From Candidatus Delongbacteria bacterium (GTDB taxonomy: Bacteria > CAIWAD01): a DNA stretch of 64,000 nt. Below are positions 1 to 10,230 of the stretch, one piece after another. Every line of letters starts with the position of its first letter. The first letter of the stretch is position 1. The stretch spans positions 7,586 through 71,585 of the forward strand of contig JBAYTZ010000018.1 in NCBI GenBank assembly GCA_041675285.1, given 5' to 3'. The position numbers were made by a program, and so were the translations under genes. Under the pieces are notes generated by a model. The model did no database searches and was not told where the DNA came from. It worked only from the letters and a program-made list of their open reading frames with translations.

Positions 1-693
1 GGTTCCCAACTCATGCGGGAGCCCGAGCTGCTGCTGGAGGTCGCCGGGGCCGTGGTCCGCGCCGTGGAGCTCCCGGTGACGGTGAAGATGCGCCTGGGCT
101 GGGACGAGGGCAGCCGCAACGCCGTGGAGCTGGCCCTGCGGCTGCAGGATCTGGGCGTCCGCGCCCTCACCATCCACGGCCGCACGCGCTGCCAGAAATT
201 CGAGGGCGAGGCGGACTGGGACGGCATCGCCGAGGTCAAGCGCGCCGTGGAGATTCCAGTCATCGGCAACGGCGACGTCAAGAGCCCGCCGGACGCCTTG
301 CGCCTCTTCCTGCACGCGGGCGTGGACGCCGTGATGATCGGGCGGGCCGCCATCCACTACCCCTGGATCTTCCGCGAGACCCGCGAATTCCTGCGCACCG
401 GCACGCCCTGTGCGCCACCTGGGCTGGCGGAGCGCGTGGCCCTGCTCCGCGAGCACCTGGACCTCGCGCTGGCCCACAAGGGCGAGCGCCGCGCCGTGAT
501 GGAAATGCGCAAAATGTACGCGGCCTACCTGCGCGACTATCCGGGCATCCGCGCCCTGCGGATGGAGCTGATGGCCGTGGACGAGGCCCCGGCCGTGCGC
601 GAGCGCCTGGAGCGCCTGCAGGAGGAAGTGGCCGGGTTGGACGGCGACGAATCGGCCCCACCCGGCTGGACCCCCGCCGCGGTCGCGTCGTGA
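1..693 (+). CDS. tRNA-dihydrouridine synthase, C-terminal part (5' end lies outside the window)
   Basis: Translation reads LPVTVKMRLGWDEG...ALTIHGRTR...IPVIGNGDV, typical of the Dus family TIM-barrel plus helical C-terminal domain. The ORF is open to the window start. Its stop TGA 691-693 overlaps the next gene's GTG start. Confidence 0.75.
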   Translation, partial: GSQLMREPELLLEVAGAVVRAVELPVTVKMRLGWDEGSRNAVELALRLQDLGVRALTIHGRTRCQKFEGEADWDGIAEVKRAVEIPVIGNGDVKSPPDALRLFLHAGVDAVMIGRAAIHYPWIFRETREFLRTGTPCAPPGLAERVALLREHLDLALAHKGERRAVMEMRKMYAAYLRDYPGIRALRMELMAVDEAPAVRERLERLQEEVAGLDGDESAPPGWTPAAVAS

Positions 694-1715
694 GCGCCGA
701 GCGCGCGCCCTGGCTGTTGCTCAGTCTGGGGGATCCGGCGGGCATCGGTCCCGAAGTGCTGCTCAAGGCGGCCCGGCGCTGGCTGGATGCGGAGCGGCCC
801 GCCGGGCTGGCGCTGACGGCGCCCCTGGCCCTCGTGCAGGCCCAGTGCCGGCAGCTGGGGTTGGATCTGCCCCTGCTCGAGGCCCATACGCTGCCCACGG
901 AAGCGCCGCGCGCCCTGCTGGTCCTGGGCTGGGAGGCCGGTCCCGGCGGCCCGGCCGAAGCCCCGGCCTGGTCTGCGACGGCAGAGCCCGAGCGCTGCGC
1001 CAGCCGGGCGGGCGGGCTGGCCTCCTGGGCCTCCCTGGCCCGCGCCGCCTCCCTGGTCCTGGAGCAGCCCGAGCGCCGGGCGCTGGTCACCGCCCCCGTC
1101 AACAAGCACTCCCTTAAGCTGGCGGACTTCCGCTGGCCCGGGCACACGGAGTACCTGGGCTGGCTCTGCGGCGTGGCGGATCCGCTCATGTGGCTGACCA
1201 GCCCGCGCCTCTCCGTCGGACTGGTGAGCAACCACGACCCCGTCGCCGGGCTGGCCGCGGCCGTCACGCCGGAACGCGTGGCGGCGAAGATCAGCCTGGC
1301 GCTGGACTATGTGGGACGGCGCTTTCCGGGCGAGGAGCTGGTGGTCCTGGGGCTGAATCCGCACGCCGGGGACGGGGGCACGCTGGGCCGCGAGGAGGTG
1401 GAGTGGCTGGGACCGCTGGTGGCCGGACTGCGCGCCCGGGGTCTGCCCGTTCGGGGGCCGCTGCCCGCCGACGGCGCCCTGGCCCGCGGGCAAGGCCGCT
1501 TCCTGGCCATGTATCACGACCAGGGGCTGCCCGTCTTCAAGTTGGTGGCCGGGGCGGAGGGCGTGAATGCTACCTTGGGTCTGCCCCTGATCCGCACCTC
1601 GCCCGATCACGGAACGGCCTTCGATCTGGCCGGCCAGGGCCGCGCGGACGAGGGCAGCCAGTTGTCCGCCCTGGAGGAGGCCCTGCTCCTGCTCAACGGA
1701 GATGCCCCGTGCTGA
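690..1715 (+). CDS. pdxA: 4-hydroxythreonine-4-phosphate dehydrogenase PdxA
   Basis: Motifs PVNKHSLKLADF...GHTEYLG, GLNPHAGDGG, MYHDQGLPVFKL and TSPDHGTAFDLAG match the PdxA family. GTG start overlaps the dus stop (GTGA). Confidence 0.85.
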   Translation: MSAERAPWLLLSLGDPAGIGPEVLLKAARRWLDAERPAGLALTAPLALVQAQCRQLGLDLPLLEAHTLPTEAPRALLVLGWEAGPGGPAEAPAWSATAEPERCASRAGGLASWASLARAASLVLEQPERRALVTAPVNKHSLKLADFRWPGHTEYLGWLCGVADPLMWLTSPRLSVGLVSNHDPVAGLAAAVTPERVAAKISLALDYVGRRFPGEELVVLGLNPHAGDGGTLGREEVEWLGPLVAGLRARGLPVRGPLPADGALARGQGRFLAMYHDQGLPVFKLVAGAEGVNATLGLPLIRTSPDHGTAFDLAGQGRADEGSQLSALEEALLLLNGDAPC

Positions 1716-2470
1716 AGGTCCAACCCGCCGGCGCTTACGAGGTGCTGGCCTCCTTCTATGACCAGCTCATGTCCCACGTGGACTACCCCATGTGGGCGGA
1801 TTTCGTGCGCGGTGTCTGGGACCTGCACGCCCGGGTTCCGCTGGACAGCGCCTACGACGCGGCCTGCGGCACCGGCCGCTTCCTGGACGCCCTGCACGAG
1901 AAGGGTCTGCGCCTGGCGGGCTCGGATCTCTCGGAAAACATGCTGGAGGCGGCCCGGCGCCGGCTGGGACGGCGGGCCCAGCTCTCCCGGCGCGACCTGC
2001 GCGAGCTGACGGATCCCGCCCGCTGGCGCCTGGTGACCTGCCTCTACGATTCGCTCAACTACCTGACCGGACCGGGCGAGCTGGTGCGCGCCCTGGGCCG
2101 GCTGGCGGCCCTCTCCGCCCCGGGCGGCCTGGTGGTCTTCGACATCTGCACGGAGCGCAACAGCCTGGCCTACTTCAACGACCGCACGGAGCGCGAGCAG
2201 AACGGCGAGTGGGTCTGGGAGCGCCACAGTTGGTACGAGCGGACGGCCCGGCTGCATCACAACGACTTCCTGCTGGACCACCTGCCCTCCCGGCGGCGCT
2301 GGGCCGAGTCCCACCTGCAGCGCATCTACCGGGTGACGGAGGTGGAGGAGGCCGCCCGCCAGGCCGGCCTGCACGTGCTGGCGCGCTACGCCGAGTTCAG
2401 CCTGCGGCCGGGTGGCGAAGACGCCGACCGCGTGCACTTTGTCACACGACCGCTGGGGACCCCGTGCTGA
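1709..2470 (+). CDS. class I SAM-dependent methyltransferase
   Basis: DAACGTGRFLDAL glycine-rich motif I and Rossmann-like spacing. The GTG start at 1709 lies just before the pdxA stop. The 5' 500 nt of the 1190..2470 track ORF overlaps pdxA in another frame and was trimmed. Confidence 0.6.
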   Translation: MLKVQPAGAYEVLASFYDQLMSHVDYPMWADFVRGVWDLHARVPLDSAYDAACGTGRFLDALHEKGLRLAGSDLSENMLEAARRRLGRRAQLSRRDLRELTDPARWRLVTCLYDSLNYLTGPGELVRALGRLAALSAPGGLVVFDICTERNSLAYFNDRTEREQNGEWVWERHSWYERTARLHHNDFLLDHLPSRRRWAESHLQRIYRVTEVEEAARQAGLHVLARYAEFSLRPGGEDADRVHFVTRPLGTPC

Positions 2471-3168
2471 GCGCGCCCGCTCCGCCGCCACGCCTGCCGC
2501 TGCTGGAGACCCGCGGGCTGGAGTTCGAGTACCCCGGCGGTTTCCGGCTGGGGCCCGTCGATCTGCGCCTGCACGCCGGCGAGCTGGCTGCGCTGTCCGG
2601 CGAACCCGGCGTGGGCAAATCCACCCTGCTGCGGCTGCTGGCCGCGCGTCTGCCCGCCCAGGCCGGCACCCTGCTCTTCCAACAGGAGCCGCTGACCTGG
2701 AGCGCGGGCGGGCTGGCCGCCTGGCGCCGCCGCCTGGGTGTGCTGGATCAGTCCACCACGCTGCCCGCCGGGCGCAGCACGCGCGACCTGATGCGCCTGA
2801 GCCTGGCGGCCCGCGGCCTGGGCGGGCGCGACCGCCGGCGCGAGGCCATGCGCATCCTGGGCGAGACGGGCCAGCTCACCCGGGCCGACCTGCCCTGCGG
2901 CAGCCTGTCCACAGGCCAGTCCCGCTGGGCGCAGCTGGCCCTGGCCCTCTGCGGCCTGCCCGATCTCCTGCTACTGGACGAGCCCTTCGCCCACCTGTCC
3001 CCCGACCACCAGGACGAGCTGCTGGCTTTCCTGGTGCGTCAGTCCTCCCGCGGCACGGCCATCCTGTTCTGTCTGCACGGCGACCGGCCCCGGCTGCCGG
3101 AGGGAACGCGCCGGCTGCGCCTGGAGGGCGGGCGGCTGGAAGGCGACGGCCAGGGATGGCGCCGATGA
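2464..3168 (+). CDS. ftsE: ABC transporter ATP-binding protein, FtsE-like
   Basis: Walker A SGEPGVGKSTLL, signature LSTGQS, Walker B LLLLDEP. About 234 aa, directly followed by an FtsX-like permease. GTG start overlaps the previous stop. Confidence 0.65.
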   Translation: MLSAPAPPPRLPLLETRGLEFEYPGGFRLGPVDLRLHAGELAALSGEPGVGKSTLLRLLAARLPAQAGTLLFQQEPLTWSAGGLAAWRRRLGVLDQSTTLPAGRSTRDLMRLSLAARGLGGRDRRREAMRILGETGQLTRADLPCGSLSTGQSRWAQLALALCGLPDLLLLDEPFAHLSPDHQDELLAFLVRQSSRGTAILFCLHGDRPRLPEGTRRLRLEGGRLEGDGQGWRR

Positions 3169-4013
3169 TCTGGTGGACGGAGGCCCTGGGCCTGCTGGCC
3201 CGCTCGCGCTCGCGCAGCCTGCTGCTGGTGCTGGTCTGGACCCTGACCCTGACCCTGTGCGGCGCGCTGGGCTGGGCCTGGCGCAACAGCCCCCGCCTGC
3301 GCGAGGCCTGGACCAGCCGCGTGCCCGCCGAGTGCTACCTGGAGCAGGCCGACGCCCCCACCCTCGATGGGGTGCGGCGGACCCTGGCGGGCAGCCGCAC
3401 GCTGGAATGGGCCGGGCTGCTCGATCCCGCCCAGGCGGCGGCCGAGTTCCGCAGCGGCTTCGATCTGGACGTGGTGGAGTTGCTGGGCGAGAATCCCTTT
3501 CCCACCACCGTGCTGTTGCGCGTCCGGCCGGCGGCCGAACTGGCGCAGCTAGACCGGGATCTCGCGGCCCTGGACGCGCTGCCCGGCGTGTCCGGCGTGC
3601 ACGTGGAGCGCGAGCTGTTGGGCGAGTTGGGCGCCGGGCTGCGCCGGGCGGGGCGTGCGGCCCTGGTACTTCTGCTGCTGATCAGCGCGCTCACCGCTGC
3701 CCTCCTGGCGGCTGCCCTGCGCTCACTGCGGCGTGCCTGGCGGGGCGAAGCTGTGCTGTTGGCCTTCCAAGGGGTCCGTGCCGGACCCCTCGCACGGCCG
3801 CTCCTCATTGCGCTGGCCCTACCCGCACTGGCAGCCTTACTCATCTCCTGGCTACTATTGGCCGGACTGCAGCGGCTGCCGGCAAGGTTGGGCTTGTCCG
3901 GCGCCGTTGAGGCGCCGCTCTGGCCCCTGCTACTGGGTGTTGCGCTGCCGCTGGTCGTGGCGTCGGGGTTCGTCCTGCGTCGCATGGGCCGCCTGATCAT
4001 GCGCGGCGAATAG
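3156..4013 (+). CDS. ftsX: FtsX-like permease
   Basis: N-terminal TM helix, a ~100-aa periplasmic loop, then three C-terminal TM helices (about 285 aa). The ATG at 3156 overlaps the ftsE 3' end. The upstream 750 nt of track ORF 2412..4013 is an out-of-frame overlap of ftsE. Confidence 0.6.
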   Translation: MAPMIWWTEALGLLARSRSRSLLLVLVWTLTLTLCGALGWAWRNSPRLREAWTSRVPAECYLEQADAPTLDGVRRTLAGSRTLEWAGLLDPAQAAAEFRSGFDLDVVELLGENPFPTTVLLRVRPAAELAQLDRDLAALDALPGVSGVHVERELLGELGAGLRRAGRAALVLLLLISALTAALLAAALRSLRRAWRGEAVLLAFQGVRAGPLARPLLIALALPALAALLISWLLLAGLQRLPARLGLSGAVEAPLWPLLLGVALPLVVASGFVLRRMGRLIMRGE

Positions 4014-4119
4014 CTGTGCCCGTTCCCGCAGAATCACGTTCCGGCAATTGGAGAACATGCATGCCGCAGCTTCAGCCACAGCCAATCGCTGCCCGTCCAG
4101 ATGTCGCTGGATCGGAGCG

Positions 4120-5211
4120 ATGAAGATCCTCTTCATCACGCTCAAGGCTGATAACGCCCATGTGCTCCGCTGGGTGCAGGGAGCCCTCGACGCCGGACAC
4201 CAGCCGGAACTCCTCTGCCTGATGCCCTGTCGCCCGGTACTGGACATTCCCACCACAATCATCGACACCGACTCTGGGCCCTGGGCCAAATCCATTGGCC
4301 GACTCCACTTCATCCTGGCCTGCCGCCGCGCCATCCGTCGCCTGCGGCCGGACTTGGTCCACATTCACTTCATGGACCCGACCCTGACCGTGTTGGGATG
4401 GATACAGGCTTCGCCCTTGCTGGTCTCGGTGTGGGGCAGTGACTTGGCCATGCCTCGCAGCCTGCTTAACGAAGGCTTCCGGCGGTTGGGAATCCGCGCC
4501 GCTGACTGCGTCGTGGCTACAAATCCCTTGCTGGAATACATGGCGCGCGCGCATGTAGGGTTGGACGCGCCGGTAGAGGTGATCCCCTTCGGCGTGGACA
4601 CGCGCTTGTTCACCCCTGGAGCCGATCCCCCCGACCGGCCCTTCCGCATCGGCTTCGTCAAGCATTTGGAGTGGGTATACGGTTACGATGTCCTGATTCG
4701 CGCCGTCGCCATCGCCGTGCGTCGGGTGCCTGACCTGGAGCTGCATATCGTCGGTGAGGGAAATCGCGAGGCGGAAGCAAGGCGCCTGGTTCAGGAGGCG
4801 GGGTTGGGCGAGGTGACGGTGTTCCGGGGGCGGATCCCCAACGCGCAGTTGCCGGAGCTGCTACGCTCCTATCATGCGTTCGCCATGCCCTCGCGCAGCG
4901 AAAGCTTCGGTGTAAGCGCCCTGGAGGCGTCCGCCTGTGGCGTGCCAGTGGTGGCCAGCCGGGCCGGTGGCATCCCGGATGTGGTGCGTGACGGCGAGAC
5001 GGGTTTCCTGGTGCCGCCACGGGATGCCGACGCGCTGGCCGAACGCCTGGTCTGGCTAGCGGAGCATCCGGCGGAGGCCCGCCGCATGGGCCGGTCGGGA
5101 CGGCAACTGGTGGAGAGGGAGTTCGCCTGGGACGACTGTGTGATGAAGATGGAGGCGGTCTACCGTCGGTTGACCGGGAGCGCAGCCAGCTCTCGCAAGA
5201 GACCGGCATAG
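4120..5211 (+). CDS. glycosyltransferase family 4
   Basis: C-terminal GT-B motif EGNREAE...FAMPSRSESFGVSALEASACGVPVVASRAGGIPDVV...GETGFLV. SD GGAGCG lies before the ATG at 4120. Confidence 0.75.
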   Translation: MKILFITLKADNAHVLRWVQGALDAGHQPELLCLMPCRPVLDIPTTIIDTDSGPWAKSIGRLHFILACRRAIRRLRPDLVHIHFMDPTLTVLGWIQASPLLVSVWGSDLAMPRSLLNEGFRRLGIRAADCVVATNPLLEYMARAHVGLDAPVEVIPFGVDTRLFTPGADPPDRPFRIGFVKHLEWVYGYDVLIRAVAIAVRRVPDLELHIVGEGNREAEARRLVQEAGLGEVTVFRGRIPNAQLPELLRSYHAFAMPSRSESFGVSALEASACGVPVVASRAGGIPDVVRDGETGFLVPPRDADALAERLVWLAEHPAEARRMGRSGRQLVEREFAWDDCVMKMEAVYRRLTGSAASSRKRPA

Positions 5212-6440
5212 CGCCGGGCCAGGGCTCCACGCTCGTAGCGCAGGTGGAAGTCAGGACGCTCCGGGTACCCACCCTGAGCCAATCGGTCCAGCATGCGCTC
5301 AAGCGCCGCGGCGATGCCGTCAGCATCCTCCCCATCCGCCGCTTCTCCCCGGCCGCTTTCCAGTATCAGTTCACGCAGAATGCCGGGCGGGCTGGCCAGC
5401 AGGATGGGGCGGCCCAGTCGTAGGTACTCAAACGTCTTGCCGGGGTAGACTAAGTGCCCGTTGGGCATGGTGAACATGTAATTGAGCAGGATGTGGCAGG
5501 CGGACAGGGCCCGCAGCACTTGTCGGTGGGCCAGGAACCCGCAGAGCTCCACGACTTCCGGATGGCGCATAGCCGCCACTCGCTGCGCCAAGGCGCGGTT
5601 GTTGTGGCCGTAGATACGGAGTACCAGGCGGCCGACCAGCTGCGGACGGCGATCCAGCACCTTGTCCAGCGCATCGAGGATCCCTTGAAAGGAGTAGGGA
5701 CCACTAATGCCACCCGTAGCGCCGGCGTATCCCAGTACCAATCCACCGGGCTCAGGCTGGGGCAGGTCGGGGCCGAAATCCTCCTCATCATAGCCATTGG
5801 TGATCAGTGCGGCGCGCTCCGGCTCCCGCAATTGTTGGCGGATCCAGGCGTCGAAGCCGGGGGTGACGCTGACCACTCGGTCGGCCTGGTTGATTGTCCA
5901 GCGCTCCAAGTGCGTCTGGGTCCAACGGAACCAAGCCGTGTTCGGCGTCTGAAGTGGATCCAGCGCCCACATGTCGCGGACATCCAGCACTAGTTTCAGG
6001 TTCGGTCGCCACCGACGCAATAGTGGCACCAGTAATGACATGGAGTTTGGTGGGCTGGTGATTAGCACGGTGTCGATCCCGTGCTCTAGGATCAACGCCT
6101 TGGCTCGTCGCAGCATGGCCGGCAGATAGCGAAAACGATTGTCAGGAAATGGGATCACGCTGCGGAAAACCCAGCCTGCGACCCGCAGCCAACGGGGTCG
6201 GCGCGCCTTGTCCTGGACGCTGGGCGCAACCGGGTGGGGGTTGGCTACCGAGATGGTGATGCCTTCCAGTTCCGAACCGAGGGACGGGTCGGCATCCTTG
6301 GACTCAAAGCCCCCCGTGAGCACGATGATCGGCAGGCCGTCCCGATGCAGGTACTTGGCCAACTTGACCATTCGCACCGACCCGCCTCCGCCGACGAACG
6401 GATGAAAATCGTATGCAATAAGCAAAATCGGCACAATCAT
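5160..6440 (-). CDS. glycosyltransferase, GT4-like (paralog 1 of 2)
   Basis: N-terminal YDFHPFVGGGGSVRMVKLAKYL (Glyco_trans_4-like), 426 aa. Roughly 50% identical to the product of 13775..15070. SD GGAAGG is upstream. Confidence 0.6.
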   Translation of the reverse strand: MIVPILLIAYDFHPFVGGGGSVRMVKLAKYLHRDGLPIIVLTGGFESKDADPSLGSELEGITISVANPHPVAPSVQDKARRPRWLRVAGWVFRSVIPFPDNRFRYLPAMLRRAKALILEHGIDTVLITSPPNSMSLLVPLLRRWRPNLKLVLDVRDMWALDPLQTPNTAWFRWTQTHLERWTINQADRVVSVTPGFDAWIRQQLREPERAALITNGYDEEDFGPDLPQPEPGGLVLGYAGATGGISGPYSFQGILDALDKVLDRRPQLVGRLVLRIYGHNNRALAQRVAAMRHPEVVELCGFLAHRQVLRALSACHILLNYMFTMPNGHLVYPGKTFEYLRLGRPILLASPPGILRELILESGRGEAADGEDADGIAAALERMLDRLAQGGYPERPDFHLRYERGALARRYAGLLRELAALPVNRR

Positions 6441-6518
6441 TCAGACATCAACCTTCCAGCGCAGCTTTGATAGATTCATATATTAGCAACGTAGTGTGAG
6501 AATCCCAGGAGATCCCCC

Positions 6519-7649
6519 ATGAGGGTAGCCATCGACGGTCGCGCCATCATGCCATTTCTGGATGGAATCGGGCGCTACTCCCACTGCCTCATTGAGCAAT
6601 TGCGCCATCTTGACAGCTGGAACGAGTACATCGTTTTCGTCACCCACCCCCAGTTCGACTTTCCCGCCGACTCAAACTTTCGCGAAGTGGTGCTGCCATA
6701 TCGCTACGTGCACGCCTACACGGTCACCCATTTCCATCGGGACTTGAACCGCGAGGGGGCTGATCTGCTTTTCGCCCCCTTCTTCCTATCCCCGCCTCTG
6801 TTCAGGGGGCCGGTGGTCCTGACCGTCCATGACCTGATTTGGGTCACCCATCCGGAGCTGCAGGGACAACGCTGGCGCTTGGGGGACATGGTGAAGCGCC
6901 AAGCCCACGCCTGGATTGTCCCCCTTTCCCTGCGCCGGGCCCGGGCCTTGCTCTCCGTCAGCCAAGCCACCACGGCGGAATTGCTGGCCTTCCTGCCGGA
7001 GGTGGCCGGACGCGTCCACACCATCCCCTTGGGCTTGGACCACGTGCCCGTCCCTGCCACCATCCTGCCGATGGAGCAGCGCTTGCCTTATCTCCTGTTC
7101 ATTGGCAATTCGAAGCCCTACAAGAACATGGCTGGCGTCATCCGCTGCTTCGACCTACTGGTGCGCGAAGCCGGATTCAGCCAGTGGCGCCTGAAAATCC
7201 CAGGTCGACGGGACAGTTTCCGCGGCAGCATTCAACGTTTGTTGGATGACTTGGACTGTCGAGACCGGGTGGACCTGCTTGGCCCCGTTTCCGAGGAGAA
7301 CCTGGCGGAGCTTTATGGACAGGCTAGTTTGCTGCTCTTCCCCTCGCGCATGGAGGGCTTCGGTTTCCCGGTGTTGGAGGCCATGCGTCACGGAACTCCG
7401 GTGGTCACAAGCAACCGCAGTTCCCTACCTGAAGTGGCGGGCGGCTGTGCGCAGTTGGTGGATCCAGACGACGTGCCGGCCATGGCGCGGGCCTGCGCGG
7501 AGCTGCTGGGCGATGTGGCGCGGCGACAGGAGCTGTCCGCGCGCGGGCTGGAGCACGCAGCCGGCTTTCGCTGGGAAAACACGGCGCGGGCGACCTTGGC
7601 CGTGCTTCGACAGGCCGCCGACGGACGGATGAGCCCAGGCCCACGGTGA
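6519..7649 (+). CDS. glycosyltransferase family 4
   Basis: LLFIGNSKPYKN...LLLFPSRMEGFGFPVLEAMRHGTPVVTSN is the GT4 EX7E region. AGGAGA SD is upstream. Confidence 0.75.
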   Translation: MRVAIDGRAIMPFLDGIGRYSHCLIEQLRHLDSWNEYIVFVTHPQFDFPADSNFREVVLPYRYVHAYTVTHFHRDLNREGADLLFAPFFLSPPLFRGPVVLTVHDLIWVTHPELQGQRWRLGDMVKRQAHAWIVPLSLRRARALLSVSQATTAELLAFLPEVAGRVHTIPLGLDHVPVPATILPMEQRLPYLLFIGNSKPYKNMAGVIRCFDLLVREAGFSQWRLKIPGRRDSFRGSIQRLLDDLDCRDRVDLLGPVSEENLAELYGQASLLLFPSRMEGFGFPVLEAMRHGTPVVTSNRSSLPEVAGGCAQLVDPDDVPAMARACAELLGDVARRQELSARGLEHAAGFRWENTARATLAVLRQAADGRMSPGPR

Positions 7650-7689
7650 AGCCGGAGGCCCCCTGCACTGACGGCGAGCCGCCGATCGA

Positions 7690-9072
7690 TTGCTACCTTC
7701 GGCGAGCTCAGGGCCAATAATGCCAGAACTTCGCACGTCGCATCTGTTGCTCACCGGAGACTCGCCACAGTTGAGGTGGTGGGCGCTCGGCCTCTCCATT
7801 TTGGGGGCCCTTTGCGTCTCCTTAGCTTTTACAGAACCGCTCTGGCTACTTGGCCCCATCTTCGTCCTGCTCGCCTTCGCAGGCATATTGGCCCGGCAGG
7901 CCGCCCCCTTGCTGTTGGGCCTCTACCCCGCACTTTGCGTTCACCACAATCTGCGCCTCAATGTGCTCTTCGTCCTTCTGGGCCTGTTGCTGTTGGTTCT
8001 GGAACGGGCGGAGGAATGGGAGCCGGCCAAGTCGAAAGCCATGGCAATCGCTGGGCTGGAATTGGGGTTGGTGATTGCCGCCGTGCTGGCCCTGCATCCC
8101 GTGCCCTTCGCCACACATCCCGTCGAAGCGTTTGGACAGTGGCTCTATGATTATTCGCCCGTACTTTTGTATGTGTTGATCGTACGCTCGGGCTTTTCCG
8201 CCCGCTTGGTGCCCATGCTTGTGCGCCTATTGCTGGTGGCGATCCTGGCGGCCAGCGTCACCGTGGTGGTGGACGGCCTGCTTCATCCCAACACCCGGGC
8301 TGTGGGTTGGGTGGAGCGCATGCCTACGGGGACGGCGTACGATCTGGTCATGTTCGTGCCCATTGGGCTGGGAATGTTTGCGTCTGGCCGCAGCCGAGTG
8401 CTCGGGCTGGCGACCGCGTTGCTGGCCTTGGCAGCGATCTTCTTCACGGGCTCTCGGGCCCCGTTCGCCGTTGCCCTGCTTTTAGCCCTGCCCTTTGCCC
8501 GGGGCCAACGCTGGGCCTTGCCGGCCTTGTTGGCCGTCCTCACCCTGGCAATGATCCAGACCGGTGGCGGCATCGTCAGTCGTATGGCCTCCATCGAAGG
8601 CGAAGCCGGGCTGATCGATGCCTCCACCTTGCTACGCATTGTCGTCTGGGGTCTATCGATTAAAATCTTGATGTTGCATCCCTTGTTGGGCATCGGATTC
8701 GGCCAATTCATCTCCTATGCGAGCAGCCTGTTCATCTTCGATGAGTTTCTTCTCGGCCATTCACACAATATCGTGCTGGAGAAAATGGTCCAAGTGGGCA
8801 TACCGCTCGCGCTTTTTTACTTAGCGTTGATAGGTCTGTTACTACGGCGGAACTGGCGCACATACCGCGCATTGCGCGATCGGCTGGACAGGGCGGACGT
8901 GGAGCTGTTCCGCGGGCTATTCTTTGGTGCATTGGCCATGCTGGCCTGTGGCGCTTTGGATGCCGTGCTGAACGGTTCCAACCAGCCACTGGCCTTTTGG
9001 ATGATCATGGCCCTGCTCACAGTCTGGACGGAGGGACTGGGCCGCACCCAAGTCCGGGAGGCCGGGCAATGA
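7690..9072 (+). CDS. O-antigen ligase / polymerase-like polytopic membrane protein (Wzy_C-like)
   Basis: About 10 predicted TM helices. FFTGSRAPFAVALLLALP and GHSHNIVLE resemble the Wzy_C/O-antigen-ligase signature region. Lies inside the glycan cluster. Confidence 0.5.
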   Translation: MLPSASSGPIMPELRTSHLLLTGDSPQLRWWALGLSILGALCVSLAFTEPLWLLGPIFVLLAFAGILARQAAPLLLGLYPALCVHHNLRLNVLFVLLGLLLLVLERAEEWEPAKSKAMAIAGLELGLVIAAVLALHPVPFATHPVEAFGQWLYDYSPVLLYVLIVRSGFSARLVPMLVRLLLVAILAASVTVVVDGLLHPNTRAVGWVERMPTGTAYDLVMFVPIGLGMFASGRSRVLGLATALLALAAIFFTGSRAPFAVALLLALPFARGQRWALPALLAVLTLAMIQTGGGIVSRMASIEGEAGLIDASTLLRIVVWGLSIKILMLHPLLGIGFGQFISYASSLFIFDEFLLGHSHNIVLEKMVQVGIPLALFYLALIGLLLRRNWRTYRALRDRLDRADVELFRGLFFGALAMLACGALDAVLNGSNQPLAFWMIMALLTVWTEGLGRTQVREAGQ

Positions 9073-10226
9073 GTCCTCTGGAATGCCTCGCCTTGGCGCT
9101 ATTCTGGCTTTGCGTGACCGGGTTGGCGGCCGCTTATCCGGGCATCCTGCTGCTGGCCCTTTGGATGCGCCGGCTGCCCGTGCCCTGGCACGCCGACCCC
9201 GACTGCGAGCCCACCTTCACTGTGGTCATCGCGGCCCGTAACGAAGAGCGCGTCATTCGTGACAAACTGGACAACTGCTTGGCGCTGGACTATCCGCCGG
9301 ACAAAGTAGACGTGTTGGTAGTCTCGGACCAGTCGGAGGATGCCACCGCGGCTATCATTGACGAGTACGCCGGACAGCGTGTGAGTCGCCTCGACTTCGC
9401 CGAGAGATTGGGCAAGACGCAGATTCTCAATCGCGTTGTCCCGCTGGCCAAGGGCGAGATCGTGGTCATGACCGACGCCAACGTGATGTTCGACGCCGGA
9501 GCCTTGCGCTCCTTCGCCCGCTGGTACGCCGATCCACGAATAGGACTGGTCTCCGGCTACGAACGCCGCGTGCAACGTGAACGCGAGAGGTTCCAGGCCG
9601 AGACCTGGTACCGGGACTTCGAAGTGGTGCTCAAAGAGGCTGAGGGCCGGATGGGTGCGGTGATGGGCGCGCACGGCGGACTCTACAGTCTGCGCGCTGC
9701 CTGCTGGCGCACCTTGCCGGAAAACGCACTTTCCAATGACGATCTGCTGACGGCCATGGGCGTCCTGCGGCAGGGTCTGGCCGTCGTCCAAGACAGCGAA
9801 GCCCGCGCGGTGGAGTACATTGGCGCCGACCCTGACCAGGAGTTCGGCCGGCGCGTGCGCATCGGGGCTGGCAATTATCAGTGCTTCGGCTGGAATCTGT
9901 GGCTATTGAACCCCTTGGAGGGCTGGAAGAGTCTGTTTTACTGGTTGCACAAGCTCCCCCGCTGGTTTACTCCGCACCTGATGGCAACCGCCCTGGCCGC
10001 ACACCTGCTACTGGCCGCGCACGGCCGATTGCTGGCCCTCCTGGTGCCTCACTTGGCCCTCTACGTCCTTGGAATCATCGGTTTGGTCCTCAACCGTCGC
10101 GGTCGAGGTGGTGGCTTGGTTTCGGCACTAGGTCATTTCCTCTACATGAATGCCGCTGTGTCCGCGGGCTTCGTCAAATGGTTGGGCGGGATCCAGGGCA
10201 GCACCTGGAATCCCACCCGCCGCTGA
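9069..10226 (+). CDS. glycosyltransferase family 2 (membrane-associated)
   Basis: TVVIAARNEE...VLVVSDQSEDAT (DXD-type GT-A core) ...VMTDANVMF, with C-terminal TM helices. ATG overlaps the previous stop (ATGA). Confidence 0.7.
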   Translation: MSPLECLALALFWLCVTGLAAAYPGILLLALWMRRLPVPWHADPDCEPTFTVVIAARNEERVIRDKLDNCLALDYPPDKVDVLVVSDQSEDATAAIIDEYAGQRVSRLDFAERLGKTQILNRVVPLAKGEIVVMTDANVMFDAGALRSFARWYADPRIGLVSGYERRVQRERERFQAETWYRDFEVVLKEAEGRMGAVMGAHGGLYSLRAACWRTLPENALSNDDLLTAMGVLRQGLAVVQDSEARAVEYIGADPDQEFGRRVRIGAGNYQCFGWNLWLLNPLEGWKSLFYWLHKLPRWFTPHLMATALAAHLLLAAHGRLLALLVPHLALYVLGIIGLVLNRRGRGGGLVSALGHFLYMNAAVSAGFVKWLGGIQGSTWNPTRR

Positions 10227-10230
10227 CGTC

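Noticed and set aside
845-1117. Short Gly/Arg/Pro-rich ORFs nested in other frames of pdxA, the methyltransferase gene and elsewhere.
   Set aside because: Alternative-frame artefacts of GC-rich coding sequence.
2412-4013. Track ORFs extended far upstream of the real genes: 1190..2470, 2412..4013, 12678..14021, 28348..29874, 28695..30659, 35192..37858, 37749..42266, 51211..52881, 59052..61334.
   Set aside because: The 5' extensions overlap upstream genes in another frame. Internal starts with an SD and/or 4-nt stop-start overlaps give the biologically sensible boundaries used above.
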